Source of the DNA: a virus
Taxonomy: Duplodnaviria > Caudoviricetes
IMG/VR virus record: IMGVR_UViG_3300010429_001521
Coordinates: 636 to 64,635 of that record
Direction: 5' to 3' (one strand)
DNA length: 64,000 nucleotides
Shown: in pieces, positions 26,926 through 36,180 of the stretch
Numbering within the stretch: position 1 is the stretch's first letter
Layout of the letters: every line of letters begins with the position of its first letter
Made by a program: the position numbers and the translations under genes
The notes under the pieces: model-generated
Databases searched by the model: none
Seen by the model: only the letters and a program-made list of their open reading frames with translations
What the model was told of the DNA's origin: nothing

Positions 26926-27315
26926 ATGCTATATAAAAAAATTAAAAAACCTCCAGTCGTTATCAATGCCACGATTAATAAAGTCATCGTGGAAGTTAAA
27001 AAGATTCCAAAACCCAATCACATCCAACGAACTAAAGAATTTTTAATTCATTTACGAAAGTACTTTCCAGTCTTTCAAAAATATCAACCATTAATGATTG
27101 GAGTCGCTAAAGAATTAGTACCCATATTTCCTGAGATTCCCAAGCGGGTGATTAACACTGCATTGCATTTACACACCAACTCAAGAAAATATTTAAAGAA
27201 TTTAGCAAAAGGTTATGATCGAGTAGATTTATCGGGTCAAATGATTTCAACGACTGATAAGGTGAGTGTTCAAAAAGCTAAAAAGAGTTTAGCATTGTTG
27301 TTTAAAAAGTCATAG
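26926..27315 (+). CDS. ProQ/FinO-domain RNA chaperone
   Basis: FPVF...PLMIGVAKEL...ALHLHTNSRKYLKNLAKGYDRVDLSG. Confidence 0.8.
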   Translation: MLYKKIKKPPVVINATINKVIVEVKKIPKPNHIQRTKEFLIHLRKYFPVFQKYQPLMIGVAKELVPIFPEIPKRVINTALHLHTNSRKYLKNLAKGYDRVDLSGQMISTTDKVSVQKAKKSLALLFKKS

Positions 27316-27376
27316 TATTGACTGTTGATATAGTGTATAATGTTCCCACTGAAAGTATATTCCACATGTTGTTTAT

Positions 27377-28261
27377 TTGGAGAATCCAATGAGTCATTTT
27401 GAAATCATGTTAGTAAAACCTCATGAAGTTATTGTTGTTGAAGGTCGTAATCCACGAATGACGTTGCTCAATATTGAGCAACTAGCAGAGTCTATTGAAG
27501 AAAATGGTGTTCGTAATCCCATTAAGATTCAAATGGGAGATGAAGGTTATGAATTGGTAGATGGACATCGGCGTTTAGCGGCATGTCAATATTTATATGA
27601 CACTAAAGAATTGCTAATTAATATTCCAGCAGTCAAAGTAGATCATAAAAACGAAGCTGACATTTTAGTGGAAATGATGGTCAGCAATGACAGTGAACCA
27701 TTTGCACCGTTTGAAGAAGCGACTTTGTACGCTCGGCTGCGTGATCAGTTCAAAATGAATAATGAACAGATTGCCCAACGAGTGGGTAAGAGTGTCAGTC
27801 ATGTCAGTGATAAACTGGCATTGCTTCGTGCCGATGAAACGTTGAAAAGAGCAGTGGAAGAGAAAGTTATTTCCGCATCTGACGCAAATACAATTGTTCG
27901 CAAATCCAAGGGATCTACGGAAAAGCAAAAGGAACTGGTACAACGGGTTCAAACTGAAGGTCGTGAACAAGTCATTGACAAGGAATTGAAAAAAGGTCGT
28001 TTACCCAAACCGGCTTGGGCATTAGCGGAACAAGCGCATGATGAGGTGTGGTCATGTGCAATGAATCTAAACAGGGAAGTCTGTATGGGCGCATTGGACA
28101 GTGAAAATGTACGTGAATGGTTAGAAGGAACATTCGAAGAAAATGTGGATGAAGTCATGTTTGCATTTGGTTTGGGACAATTGGAAGTGTTTAAGAATAT
28201 GAGTTCATTGTCCATGAAAGAATTATGGGATCGACTTGAAGAACGTTTGACAGGTAAATAA
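27377..28261 (+). CDS. ParB-like protein 1
   Basis: NPR...LAESIEENGVRNPI...LVDGHRRL; NEQIAQRVGKSVSHVS HTH. Confidence 0.85.
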   Translation: MENPMSHFEIMLVKPHEVIVVEGRNPRMTLLNIEQLAESIEENGVRNPIKIQMGDEGYELVDGHRRLAACQYLYDTKELLINIPAVKVDHKNEADILVEMMVSNDSEPFAPFEEATLYARLRDQFKMNNEQIAQRVGKSVSHVSDKLALLRADETLKRAVEEKVISASDANTIVRKSKGSTEKQKELVQRVQTEGREQVIDKELKKGRLPKPAWALAEQAHDEVWSCAMNLNREVCMGALDSENVREWLEGTFEENVDEVMFAFGLGQLEVFKNMSSLSMKELWDRLEERLTGK

Positions 28262-28276
28262 AACTTCTCCAAATAT

Positions 28277-28302
28277 AAAAGCCCCAATTATCGGGGCTTT
28301 TT
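28277..28302 (+). terminator. Rho-independent terminator
   Basis: AAAAGCCCC/GGGGCTTTTT. Confidence 0.75.
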
Positions 28303-28339
28303 AAATTTTAAAGGTGTTATTGTTTTATTATTATGTATA

Positions 28340-28927
28340 GTGTATAATGTTTCACCCATAAAAATTCACGGAGCAATACTCGTGCAAGAGTATAGTTTTG
28401 AAATTGTACGTCCGTATGTTATTAACCACCTCAAAAAACATTATTGGAAATTAGAATCTTACATGGATTGGGAAGATGCTTTAGCAGAAGCCCAACTACA
28501 ATTCATCCGCACCATTCGGCGATTACAAAATCGTCAATGTCAGATTGAAAATGAAAAGCATCTGATGTCGTTGTTCAAGACCAGTTGGTCAAATCATTTT
28601 ATAACGTTAGCCAATAAAGCGACTAAAGAACGTTTTATTTCCACTACTGAAAACAGTGAACAACAAAGTGTTCAACTGGATTCGTTAATTGCAGATTTAG
28701 ATAACGATGGATTGGTTCAACAGCTTTTACAAAAAGCACCGTCCGATGTTCGCCAAGTTTTACACATATTGTTGAACGCACCGGATGATCTTGTTGTGTT
28801 ACTACAAAACAGTTTTCATGACAATCCTGAATTATGCAATATGATGTTATGTCGGTTGTTAAACAAGAATCCACAAACCATCAATTTAATTCAAACAACG
28901 CTTGACCATTTGGGGATAGAGTGTTAA
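28340..28927 (+). CDS. Sigma-factor-like protein
   Basis: WEDALAEAQLQF...SLFKTSWSNHFITLA resembles sigma region 2. Confidence 0.4.
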   Translation: MYNVSPIKIHGAILVQEYSFEIVRPYVINHLKKHYWKLESYMDWEDALAEAQLQFIRTIRRLQNRQCQIENEKHLMSLFKTSWSNHFITLANKATKERFISTTENSEQQSVQLDSLIADLDNDGLVQQLLQKAPSDVRQVLHILLNAPDDLVVLLQNSFHDNPELCNMMLCRLLNKNPQTINLIQTTLDHLGIEC

Positions 28928-29012
28928 ACTAGAGTTGAAGTCAGGTATGTTCACATGGGTTGAATCGTCAACCCCAAACAATTTTATTGACCTTAAATAA
29001 AGGTGTCTCACA

Positions 29013-29654
29013 ATGACTAATGCATTCGAATATGTAGTTGAAGTTCTTGAAATTGTTCAAGAAGAAGATGAAGATCGTGATATGTTTTTCCAACGGGTTG
29101 CTTCGCAAATTCAAAATTTGCCAGAAGCGGGCTGGAATGAACTCCCGGTAGAATTGCAAGACTGGTACAACAAGACCGCCGATATGCTGGCCGATAGTGA
29201 AAATGAAGTTGAATTCACTGACATTCCCGGTTTCGGTGAACCCGTTAAAACGGTGGTTAAAAAGGTTAAGGCTAAGGTAGCAAAGCCCGTCAAAGCGGTC
29301 AAAGCCGTTGAAGTTTCCGATGAAGAGATTGAAACTTCAGAAGAGACGGAAGAGGAAACTGAAGAAAAGCCAGAACCTAAAAAGCGTGGTCGTAAGCCTT
29401 CTTCGGAACCCAAGGAACCCAAAGCTCCAAAAGAACCAAAAGGTCCAATTGCAGCCAATGCAGTCCGTGAAATCATGTGCGAAGATATGAGTACGACATT
29501 GGATCAGTTGATGGTGAAGTTGGAAGAACGTGGCGTCGTTATGCAACGTTCCAGTGCTCAGGTAGTTCATCTGAATACGGTACGAGCGTTTGAAGTTGCC
29601 ATTGAACAAGGTACTGTTTCCAAGAGTGGAAAAGAAGTTTTGAAAGCAGTTTAA
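29013..29654 (+). CDS. Acidic/Lys-rich low-complexity protein, possibly nucleoid-associated
   Basis: E-rich tract, KKRGRKPS, KEPK repeats. Confidence 0.55.
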   Translation: MTNAFEYVVEVLEIVQEEDEDRDMFFQRVASQIQNLPEAGWNELPVELQDWYNKTADMLADSENEVEFTDIPGFGEPVKTVVKKVKAKVAKPVKAVKAVEVSDEEIETSEETEEETEEKPEPKKRGRKPSSEPKEPKAPKEPKGPIAANAVREIMCEDMSTTLDQLMVKLEERGVVMQRSSAQVVHLNTVRAFEVAIEQGTVSKSGKEVLKAV

Positions 29655-29667
29655 GATTTCTGTGTGT

Positions 29668-29691
29668 AATAGCCCCCAATTGGGGGCTATT
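29668..29691 (+). terminator. Rho-independent terminator
   Basis: AATAGCCCCC/GGGGGCTATT. Confidence 0.7.
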
Positions 29692-29695
29692 TTAA

Positions 29696-29919
29696 TGGAG
29701 TTTGCGATGGATATTGATTATGAGTTAGAGTCATTCTTAACAATGAAACATCAATTAAGATTATTATTACAGATTTTAAACAGTCATATTCTTCCAAGTT
29801 CCCATTTTAATGAAGAAGATAAAACTTCATTAGTTTCAGCATCTGATTTAATCAGTAATGTACATTCTTCATTGGAAGATAGATTTCAAAAAAATTTAAA
29901 AGGTTCATTTTATGAGTGA
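29696..29919 (+). CDS. Hypothetical protein
   Basis: ORF 29662..29919 trimmed to first Met after the terminator. Confidence 0.4.
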
Positions 29920-30133
29920 GGAAGAGTATTTAACGATTCAGCATTTTGTGAATTATCATCGGTATCCCATTACCAAAAACTTGTTATTACAAGCGGAACG
30001 TGAAATTTTAACGAAGTGTCATACCGAAAGAATTAGAATCAAAGTCATTCACCATTTAGGTGCTCAGCGTTTTCCAACAAGAGCTTACCCACGTTGGGTA
30101 TTGGAAGAGTACTTTGTATTATGGGTTAAATAA
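29912..30133 (+). CDS. Hypothetical protein
   Basis: 73 aa; TRAYPRWVLEEYF end like Bro/antirepressor C-terminal domains. Confidence 0.45.
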   Translation: MSEEEYLTIQHFVNYHRYPITKNLLLQAEREILTKCHTERIRIKVIHHLGAQRFPTRAYPRWVLEEYFVLWVK

Positions 30134-30166
30134 TGCTTGACGTGAAACAGTTGTTTCGTGTACAAT
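30134..30166 (+). promoter_or_regulatory. Promoter overlapped by parS-like site
   Basis: TGCTTGACGTGAAACA = 14/16 to TGTTTCACGTGAAACA; TTGACG-18-TACAAT; GAAACA-GT-TGTTTC palindrome in spacer. Confidence 0.6.
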
Positions 30167-30190
30167 GTTTTATGAATTGTAGTTTTTATA

Positions 30191-31138
30191 ATGCATCCCA
30201 CACAAGAGTACTTTAACATGACTGAACAACTGGTTTACTTGCCGTGCAATAAAATTGCTCCCAATCGTTATCAACCCCGTAAAGAATTTAAAGTTAAAGA
30301 ACTAGAAGAGTTAGCTGAAAGTATTGAAAATCAAGGATTGATTCAACCCATTACAGTGCGGAAAGCATCAGATCTTGCTGACGAATGTGAATATGAGTTG
30401 ATTGCTGGAGAGCGTCGTTGGAGAGCGACCAAGGAAATTTTAGGTAAAGATAAGATCCGTGCTATTGTTAAGGAAATGACGGATGAAGCTTCGCAAGAAG
30501 CGGCGATTACGGAAAACTTGCAACGTCAAGATCTTAATCCAATGGAAGAAGCCATTGCACTGAATCAGTTGATGGATCATTTTTCTTTAACACAAGATCA
30601 AGTTGCGAAGCGTTTAGGAAAATCCCGTAGCTACATTGCCAATGTGGTGCGTTTAACGCGCTTGAACAAAGAAGTGACTGCACTGATTCAAACAGGAACT
30701 TTAGATCGATCTAAAGCAACCGCACTGTTAGCGGTAACTGAAGAAGGTAAACAAACGGAATTAGCAAAAAATGCAGTGTCCAAGAATTGGACTGTGGAAA
30801 AGCTGCGGGTTGAAATTGAAAAAGTGGTTGCTAAAGACGATCCCAATAGTGAGAAAAAAGTAGTTCGTAAAGAAATGAATGGTAAGATCGTTACTGTGGC
30901 AACTCCCAGTAAAGGTCATCGTCGAAAGCTGACACAGACTTTGCAAGCTCAACATTTTGTATTAGTAGAATTGGATAAGGTAGAAACTGTAAAAGATTTT
31001 GTGGATTATATGACGGAGCAAGAATGGAAATGTTGGACGGGTGACGCAGCAATTAAGCAGCTTGAACTACTCAAACAACCTGTTGAAAAAGTCGAAACCA
31101 CTGCGGAGCCACTGATTGATTTTGAGGTTTCGGAATGA
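30191..31138 (+). CDS. parB: ParB/Spo0J-family protein 2
   Basis: PNRYQPRKEF, GLIQPITVR, IAGERRWRA, ENLQRQDLNPMEEA, LGKSRSYIAN. Confidence 0.9.
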   Translation: MHPTQEYFNMTEQLVYLPCNKIAPNRYQPRKEFKVKELEELAESIENQGLIQPITVRKASDLADECEYELIAGERRWRATKEILGKDKIRAIVKEMTDEASQEAAITENLQRQDLNPMEEAIALNQLMDHFSLTQDQVAKRLGKSRSYIANVVRLTRLNKEVTALIQTGTLDRSKATALLAVTEEGKQTELAKNAVSKNWTVEKLRVEIEKVVAKDDPNSEKKVVRKEMNGKIVTVATPSKGHRRKLTQTLQAQHFVLVELDKVETVKDFVDYMTEQEWKCWTGDAAIKQLELLKQPVEKVETTAEPLIDFEVSE

Positions 31139-31707
31139 AATCTTTTAATAATGTCAAATTAATGGTCGCATGGGAATCTATTTTGGAAGCTTTGGGAATA
31201 GATCATGAACATGATCTTAACTTTAAAGAAACTCCAAAACGAATTGTCCGTATGTACAATGAAATTTTTGCGGGATTGTTGGATGGTGACTTGATTGAGT
31301 TGGAAGATCACATCACTAAAACATTTCCATCGCATTATTCGGGAATTGTCGCCATTAAAAATATCCAAGTATGGGGAACATGTCCCCATCATTTTTTACC
31401 CGTAGATTATACAGTGGATGTTGGGTATCTTCCAGGTGAAAAAGTGTTAGGTGCCAGTAAGATTCCACGGGTCGTTGAAGTGTTAGCACAACGACCTGTC
31501 TTACAAGAAGATCTCACCATGGATATTGTGAATTACTTGGAACGAACTCTCCAACCCAAAGGCGTGATTGCTCAAGTAAAAGGTCGTCATCACTGCATGA
31601 TTGTTCGGGGGATTAAAAAGCCCGATACTTGGATGTCCACATCTTCTATTACGGGAGTGTTTCATCAAACAGCCAGTTTAATTCAGGAATTTGAAAACAT
31701 GCCGTAA
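31135..31707 (+). CDS. folE: GTP cyclohydrolase I
   Basis: ETPKRIVRMY, CPHHFLP, SKIPRVV...LQEDLT, HHCMIVRG. Confidence 0.92.
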   Translation: MKSFNNVKLMVAWESILEALGIDHEHDLNFKETPKRIVRMYNEIFAGLLDGDLIELEDHITKTFPSHYSGIVAIKNIQVWGTCPHHFLPVDYTVDVGYLPGEKVLGASKIPRVVEVLAQRPVLQEDLTMDIVNYLERTLQPKGVIAQVKGRHHCMIVRGIKKPDTWMSTSSITGVFHQTASLIQEFENMP

Positions 31708-31797
31708 GGTATAAATTCACTGATAGCTCACTTATTGTTAGATAAAAGTAAGTATTAGAGATAATACTTACTTTTTTAAAGAGTTAAATTTAAAGAT

Positions 31798-32034
31798 ATG
31801 ATTAATTCTTACAAACTTGAAAGTACACTAGAATTCATTTCAGCTACTACAAAAAAAGATTATGGTAATTGTCCATTTTGTGGTGAAAATAACAACAGCC
31901 TTAATTTAAATGAATATAAAAATTTATATTGGGTATATTGTAAAAATTGTCATGCCGATGGTCCTTCAAAAATAATTCCAATGGAAGCTATAAAAGCTTG
32001 GCAAACATTGAATATTAAAGTTAATAAAGAGTAA
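31798..32034 (+). CDS. Lar-like restriction-alleviation Zn-finger protein
   Basis: CPFCG...VYCKNCHADGP...EAIKAW. Confidence 0.6.
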   Translation: MINSYKLESTLEFISATTKKDYGNCPFCGENNNSLNLNEYKNLYWVYCKNCHADGPSKIIPMEAIKAWQTLNIKVNKE

Positions 32035-32037
32035 AAT

Positions 32038-33090
32038 ATGAACTTAATTCATGTCCCCATTGAATTATTAGAAGAACGTTATAGTCAACAATGGTTTCAT
32101 TGGTTTGATGCGGAGTTTAAAAAATATTCAATTAACGCTTTACATGTATTACCTCCATCTGGATTGGAAGCTAAAATTCAAACAGGTGAATTTTTGGATG
32201 TTATTGGAACACTGGAATTTAAAAGTGAACAGTTGCGTTGGATCTGTTCACTGTTTCGTAATGGACAAATTAATAAAGATACTGTATTTTTAATTGTTGA
32301 CTCTTGGTTCCCTGGAATTGAGATGTTAGCATATTTACGGAACGCTTTGAAAATCTCATTTAAGATTGTCGGTATTTTTCATGCCGGAACATGGGATCAA
32401 CATGATTTTATTACGAAGGTTGGAATGCGTTCATGGGGACAACACTGTGAATTAGCATGGTTTAATATACTGGATGCCATATGTGTCGCTACACAATTTC
32501 ATAAAGAATTAATTATTAAAAGTGTAGATGAATCTGAACATGTAGAGTTATTACTGAATAAAATTAAAGTTACTGGATTACCCATTTATCCAGACTTTGT
32601 AAAAGAAATACCTAAAGAAAATATTGTGGTGTTTCCTCATCGACTGGCTAAAGAAAAAAATCCAAAACTATTTGATCAACTTCGAACTTTGATGTCTGAA
32701 AGATTTCCTGATTGGAATTTTATTAAAACAAAAGATGTAACTAGTAATAAATCTGAATATTATGATATTTTAAATCGATCTAAGATATCAGTATCATTTG
32801 CAGATCAAGAAACATTTGGAATTTCAATTTTGGAATCTGTACTATGTGGCTGTATTCCCATTGTACCCAATAAACTTTCGTATAAAGAATTGTATCCATC
32901 TGAATTTAAATATTCAGTAAAAGATCCTTATAGTTTAGTACATAATGCATCAATTCTTTTAGATCAAATTATTTCTAATTATGACAAATACAAAGAAAAA
33001 CAAATCCAATTAGCTAATAAGGTACAATGGAATGGTGAAGAAGCTATTTTTAATATATTAAAGATTTGTATGGAGATTAGTAATGAATGA
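32038..33090 (+). CDS. GT-B glycosyltransferase
   Basis: HAGTWD, FPHRLAKEK, QETFGISILESVLCGCIPIVPNKLSYKEL. Confidence 0.85.
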   Translation: MNLIHVPIELLEERYSQQWFHWFDAEFKKYSINALHVLPPSGLEAKIQTGEFLDVIGTLEFKSEQLRWICSLFRNGQINKDTVFLIVDSWFPGIEMLAYLRNALKISFKIVGIFHAGTWDQHDFITKVGMRSWGQHCELAWFNILDAICVATQFHKELIIKSVDESEHVELLLNKIKVTGLPIYPDFVKEIPKENIVVFPHRLAKEKNPKLFDQLRTLMSERFPDWNFIKTKDVTSNKSEYYDILNRSKISVSFADQETFGISILESVLCGCIPIVPNKLSYKELYPSEFKYSVKDPYSLVHNASILLDQIISNYDKYKEKQIQLANKVQWNGEEAIFNILKICMEISNE

Positions 33091-33439
33091 AGAGCTTTTA
33101 GAAACTTTTTGTAAAAGTTGCGTTACTTTTTGTGATACACACGACTTAGGTGTATACATGGTATTGGTTCACAAAGAAGGGATTGTTCATTTAAATAAAC
33201 TTCCCAATTGGTCAGTCCTTCAGTACCAAGGACCGGATGATCAAATTAAGTTAATGATGGACGAAGATGAACCTGCCAAACAGTGGTTCATTCGATTAAG
33301 CAATACAATTGACTTTTTGGAAGAATTGTCAAAGGATACATCTTCTATGTCAGAACTTTCTAGTAATCTTAAAAACTTGTTGGAAAGTACCATGCATGAA
33401 GTTTTAAACGAATCTAAAATTAAAAATAAATTACATTGA
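33083..33439 (+). CDS. Hypothetical protein
   Basis: 118 aa, coupled. Confidence 0.5.
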   Translation: MNEELLETFCKSCVTFCDTHDLGVYMVLVHKEGIVHLNKLPNWSVLQYQGPDDQIKLMMDEDEPAKQWFIRLSNTIDFLEELSKDTSSMSELSSNLKNLLESTMHEVLNESKIKNKLH

Positions 33440-33448
33440 GAAAATACG

Positions 33449-33820
33449 ATGCATCAATATCAACAGTCTATCATTGTGAAAACACAGTTAGAAGCTCTTC
33501 ATCAATGGGGAAATATCCCATCTGAACATCCCTCTCAATATTTGAAAAATTCTCATCGACATCTTTTTCAAATTGAACTCCGATTCCATGTTAATCATTC
33601 AGATAGAGATATTGAATTTATTGCATTTAAACAACAAGTAGATCAATTTATACAGAATTATTTTATACGAGATACTCAATCGGGTTTAATTAATTTACAA
33701 AATTATTCATGCGAGATGTTGGGAAATTTACTCATTCAAAAGTATCATTTTGATGGTTGTTACTGTGTTCAAATATTAGAAGATGGTGAAATGGGTTCCA
33801 TAGTGGAGTACATCGAATGA
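33449..33820 (+). CDS. QueD/PTPS-like T-fold protein
   Basis: EALHQW...HRHLF...DRDIEF...SCEMLG...EDGE. Confidence 0.75.
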   Translation: MHQYQQSIIVKTQLEALHQWGNIPSEHPSQYLKNSHRHLFQIELRFHVNHSDRDIEFIAFKQQVDQFIQNYFIRDTQSGLINLQNYSCEMLGNLLIQKYHFDGCYCVQILEDGEMGSIVEYIE

Positions 33821-34932
33821 ATTTTGTTACTGAACAAAAATCTTATTTTTTTCCTGTTTTGTATCATGAGACTGAAGCACATAAAATTATTGAATGGAAT
33901 ATCTCCGTTCAATGTATTGATGACATTCCCACGATTGTCACGGTGTTTGGCTATACCGATGGTAAAAAACAAACAACGATGTTAAAGATTTTATATGGTA
34001 AAAATATTGGACGTAGTAATCAAACGACACCTTATGAACAAGCAGTATCTGAAGCTAAATCTAAATGGGAAAAAAAGCAGTTAGAAAATTATCGTCAAAA
34101 TGTGAATGACACCATCCAACTGCTTCCCATGTTGGCGCATAAGTATGTAGATCATAAACATAAATTAACATGGCCCGTATATGGGCAAAAGAAATTAAAT
34201 GGTGTAAGATGTTTAGCTTTTATTAAAGATGATACCGTCACATATATTTCTCGTAAAGGTAAAAAGTACGAAACACTCACTCATTGGAATGATGACTTGA
34301 AAAATCTGTTTCCCAGTGGTACAATACTGGATGGTGAAGCTTTTAACCCCCAGTTGAATTTTCAAGAAATTATTCGTCGGGTAAAAAGAGTTAAAACTTC
34401 CCGATTAAATATTGAAGATGATCCACTACAATATTGGATTTATGATGTTGTAGAAACATCTTTATCTTATGAAGATCGTTTAAGGTTTTTAATGGAACGA
34501 GATTCAACTCAATTAATTAAAATTGTACGGACACAACTTTTGGAATCTGAAGATCAATTAAAACGTTTTCATCAACAGAATTTAATTAATGGATTTGAAG
34601 GTACCATTGTTCGTTCGCGACATGGGTTATATAAACCGGACTGTCGCAGTTATGATTTATTAAAATATAAAGATTTTTTAGATGAAGAGTTTGAAATCAT
34701 TGGAGGTCGTTCAGCACAAGGTCGTGATGAAGGAACTGTAGTATTTGAATGTAAAACGAGTACTGGACAAAGTTTTAATGTCCGTCCCAAAGGTACTTGG
34801 GATGAACGAAAAGATTATTTAGATCGTATCGATCAGTATGTGGGACAGATGTTGACTGTTCGATTTCAAGAAAAGTCAGAAGATGGTGTACCAATCTTTC
34901 CAGTTGGATTAGGAATTCGTGACTTTGAGTAA
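33817..34932 (+). CDS. ATP-dependent DNA ligase
   Basis: PMLAH, KLNGVRC, LDGE, EGTIVR, LLKYK, GVPIFPVGLGIRDFE. Confidence 0.92.
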   Translation: MNFVTEQKSYFFPVLYHETEAHKIIEWNISVQCIDDIPTIVTVFGYTDGKKQTTMLKILYGKNIGRSNQTTPYEQAVSEAKSKWEKKQLENYRQNVNDTIQLLPMLAHKYVDHKHKLTWPVYGQKKLNGVRCLAFIKDDTVTYISRKGKKYETLTHWNDDLKNLFPSGTILDGEAFNPQLNFQEIIRRVKRVKTSRLNIEDDPLQYWIYDVVETSLSYEDRLRFLMERDSTQLIKIVRTQLLESEDQLKRFHQQNLINGFEGTIVRSRHGLYKPDCRSYDLLKYKDFLDEEFEIIGGRSAQGRDEGTVVFECKTSTGQSFNVRPKGTWDERKDYLDRIDQYVGQMLTVRFQEKSEDGVPIFPVGLGIRDFE

Positions 34933-34942
34933 GTGCTTGATT

Positions 34943-35734
34943 TTATTGATATTTTTCTCCAGCCCAGTTTTCAATCTGTTCAACAGTTGCTTTTTTTGCA
35001 ACCCATCCATAACAACTTGGTACTCTTCCTTGAACTACATCTTCTAAGGAAGAGCGCTTTAAATTAAAATCTCTACAAAACTTTGCTAAGTTTTTTACTA
35101 ACCATTCTTGATTGGAAGGTGATTTAACAATATAATTCAAAGAACGTGCTTGTACAGCAGCAGCATTAGCTTTTAATATGTTTTTTCTACCTACTTCAGT
35201 TTTAGCAAAATCAGATTTTATTTGATAAAGTTTTGCTCGGAATTCTGGTAAACTCCAAAGTTTTTTATTTCTTTCAGATGTTTGTAATTTAGCCTTTTCA
35301 GTTACAGGTTTACGATTTTTAAGAAAACGATCAGGATCTTCTTTCCAACGACGTTTAATTGATTCACCACATTTAGCTTTATGCTCTGATGTAAGTGGCT
35401 TTCGTTTTAATCCAATACTACTAATGGCATTTGGTTCAAGATTATAACCTTTTAATGGATTAGTACATTCAAAATAATCCATGTACCATTGACTACGTTC
35501 CATTAAAAGATCTAAATTAACTTCTTCAAGAATAATAAATTCAAAATTATCAACACCAAAAGAATTCCAATCATGTTGCAAAGTTTTTCGTTTATGTGTA
35601 TTATAATTTAAATGATGTTTATGAACAGACCAACGACGTTCAATGTAAACACTTTCACCAACATAAACTTTTCCATTAGAATTACAACGAATTAAATAAA
35701 CTCCACAAGTTTTATTCATTAGGAATTTTTCCAA
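34943..35734 (-). CDS. Free-standing GIY-YIG homing endonuclease
   Basis: GVYLIRCNSNGKVYVGES...RRWSVH...FEFIILEE...GYN; NUMOD-like tail. Confidence 0.9.
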   Translation of the reverse strand: MEKFLMNKTCGVYLIRCNSNGKVYVGESVYIERRWSVHKHHLNYNTHKRKTLQHDWNSFGVDNFEFIILEEVNLDLLMERSQWYMDYFECTNPLKGYNLEPNAISSIGLKRKPLTSEHKAKCGESIKRRWKEDPDRFLKNRKPVTEKAKLQTSERNKKLWSLPEFRAKLYQIKSDFAKTEVGRKNILKANAAAVQARSLNYIVKSPSNQEWLVKNLAKFCRDFNLKRSSLEDVVQGRVPSCYGWVAKKATVEQIENWAGEKYQ

Positions 35735-35754
35735 AAATTGTTTTAAGGTATAAT

Positions 35755-35783
35755 AATGTACCAGAAATTTATTAGTATGTCAA
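35755..35783 (-). promoter_or_regulatory. sigma70 promoter of GIY-YIG gene
   Basis: TTGACA-17-TACATT on minus strand. Confidence 0.75.
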
Positions 35784-35805
35784 TAAGTAAATATGAATCA
35801 TGCAA

Positions 35806-35872
35806 CAGTTGGATTATAAATTATAAATTATAAATTATAAATTATAAATTACAGATTCGCGATTTTGAGTAA
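35806..35872 (+). pseudogene. Stranded duplicate of ligase 3' end interrupted by (TTATAAA)5
   Basis: CAGTTGGA[TTATAAA]x5 TTACAGATTCGCGATTTTGAGTAA = VGLQIRDFE* versus ligase VGLGIRDFE*. Confidence 0.8.
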
Positions 35873-35965
35873 TTTGGGTGGTGATACCGACAACGTATCA
35901 GGCGTTGTCCTTTTAGTGTGTTATGTACAATTATGTACACAACATACTCTTTTTAAGGATTTAAA

Positions 35966-36178
35966 ATGGAAACAAATATTCGAGAGTATGATGTGTATAT
36001 TGTCACAAAAAATCATAAAGTCTTTATAGGAAATGTGTTTACAACATCTCCACAACAAGCCAAAATGAAAGCACTGGCTTTAAACAGTTCAAAAGATTAT
36101 TTACAAGAATTAATTACCAATCAAACGGAGTATTCAGTTCTTGTTGAATTAAATAAAACCAGTGCTATTTTTAAATAA
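35966..36178 (+). CDS. Hypothetical protein
   Basis: 70 aa, AAGGA SD. Confidence 0.5.
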   Translation: METNIREYDVYIVTKNHKVFIGNVFTTSPQQAKMKALALNSSKDYLQELITNQTEYSVLVELNKTSAIFK

Positions 36179-36180
36179 TT

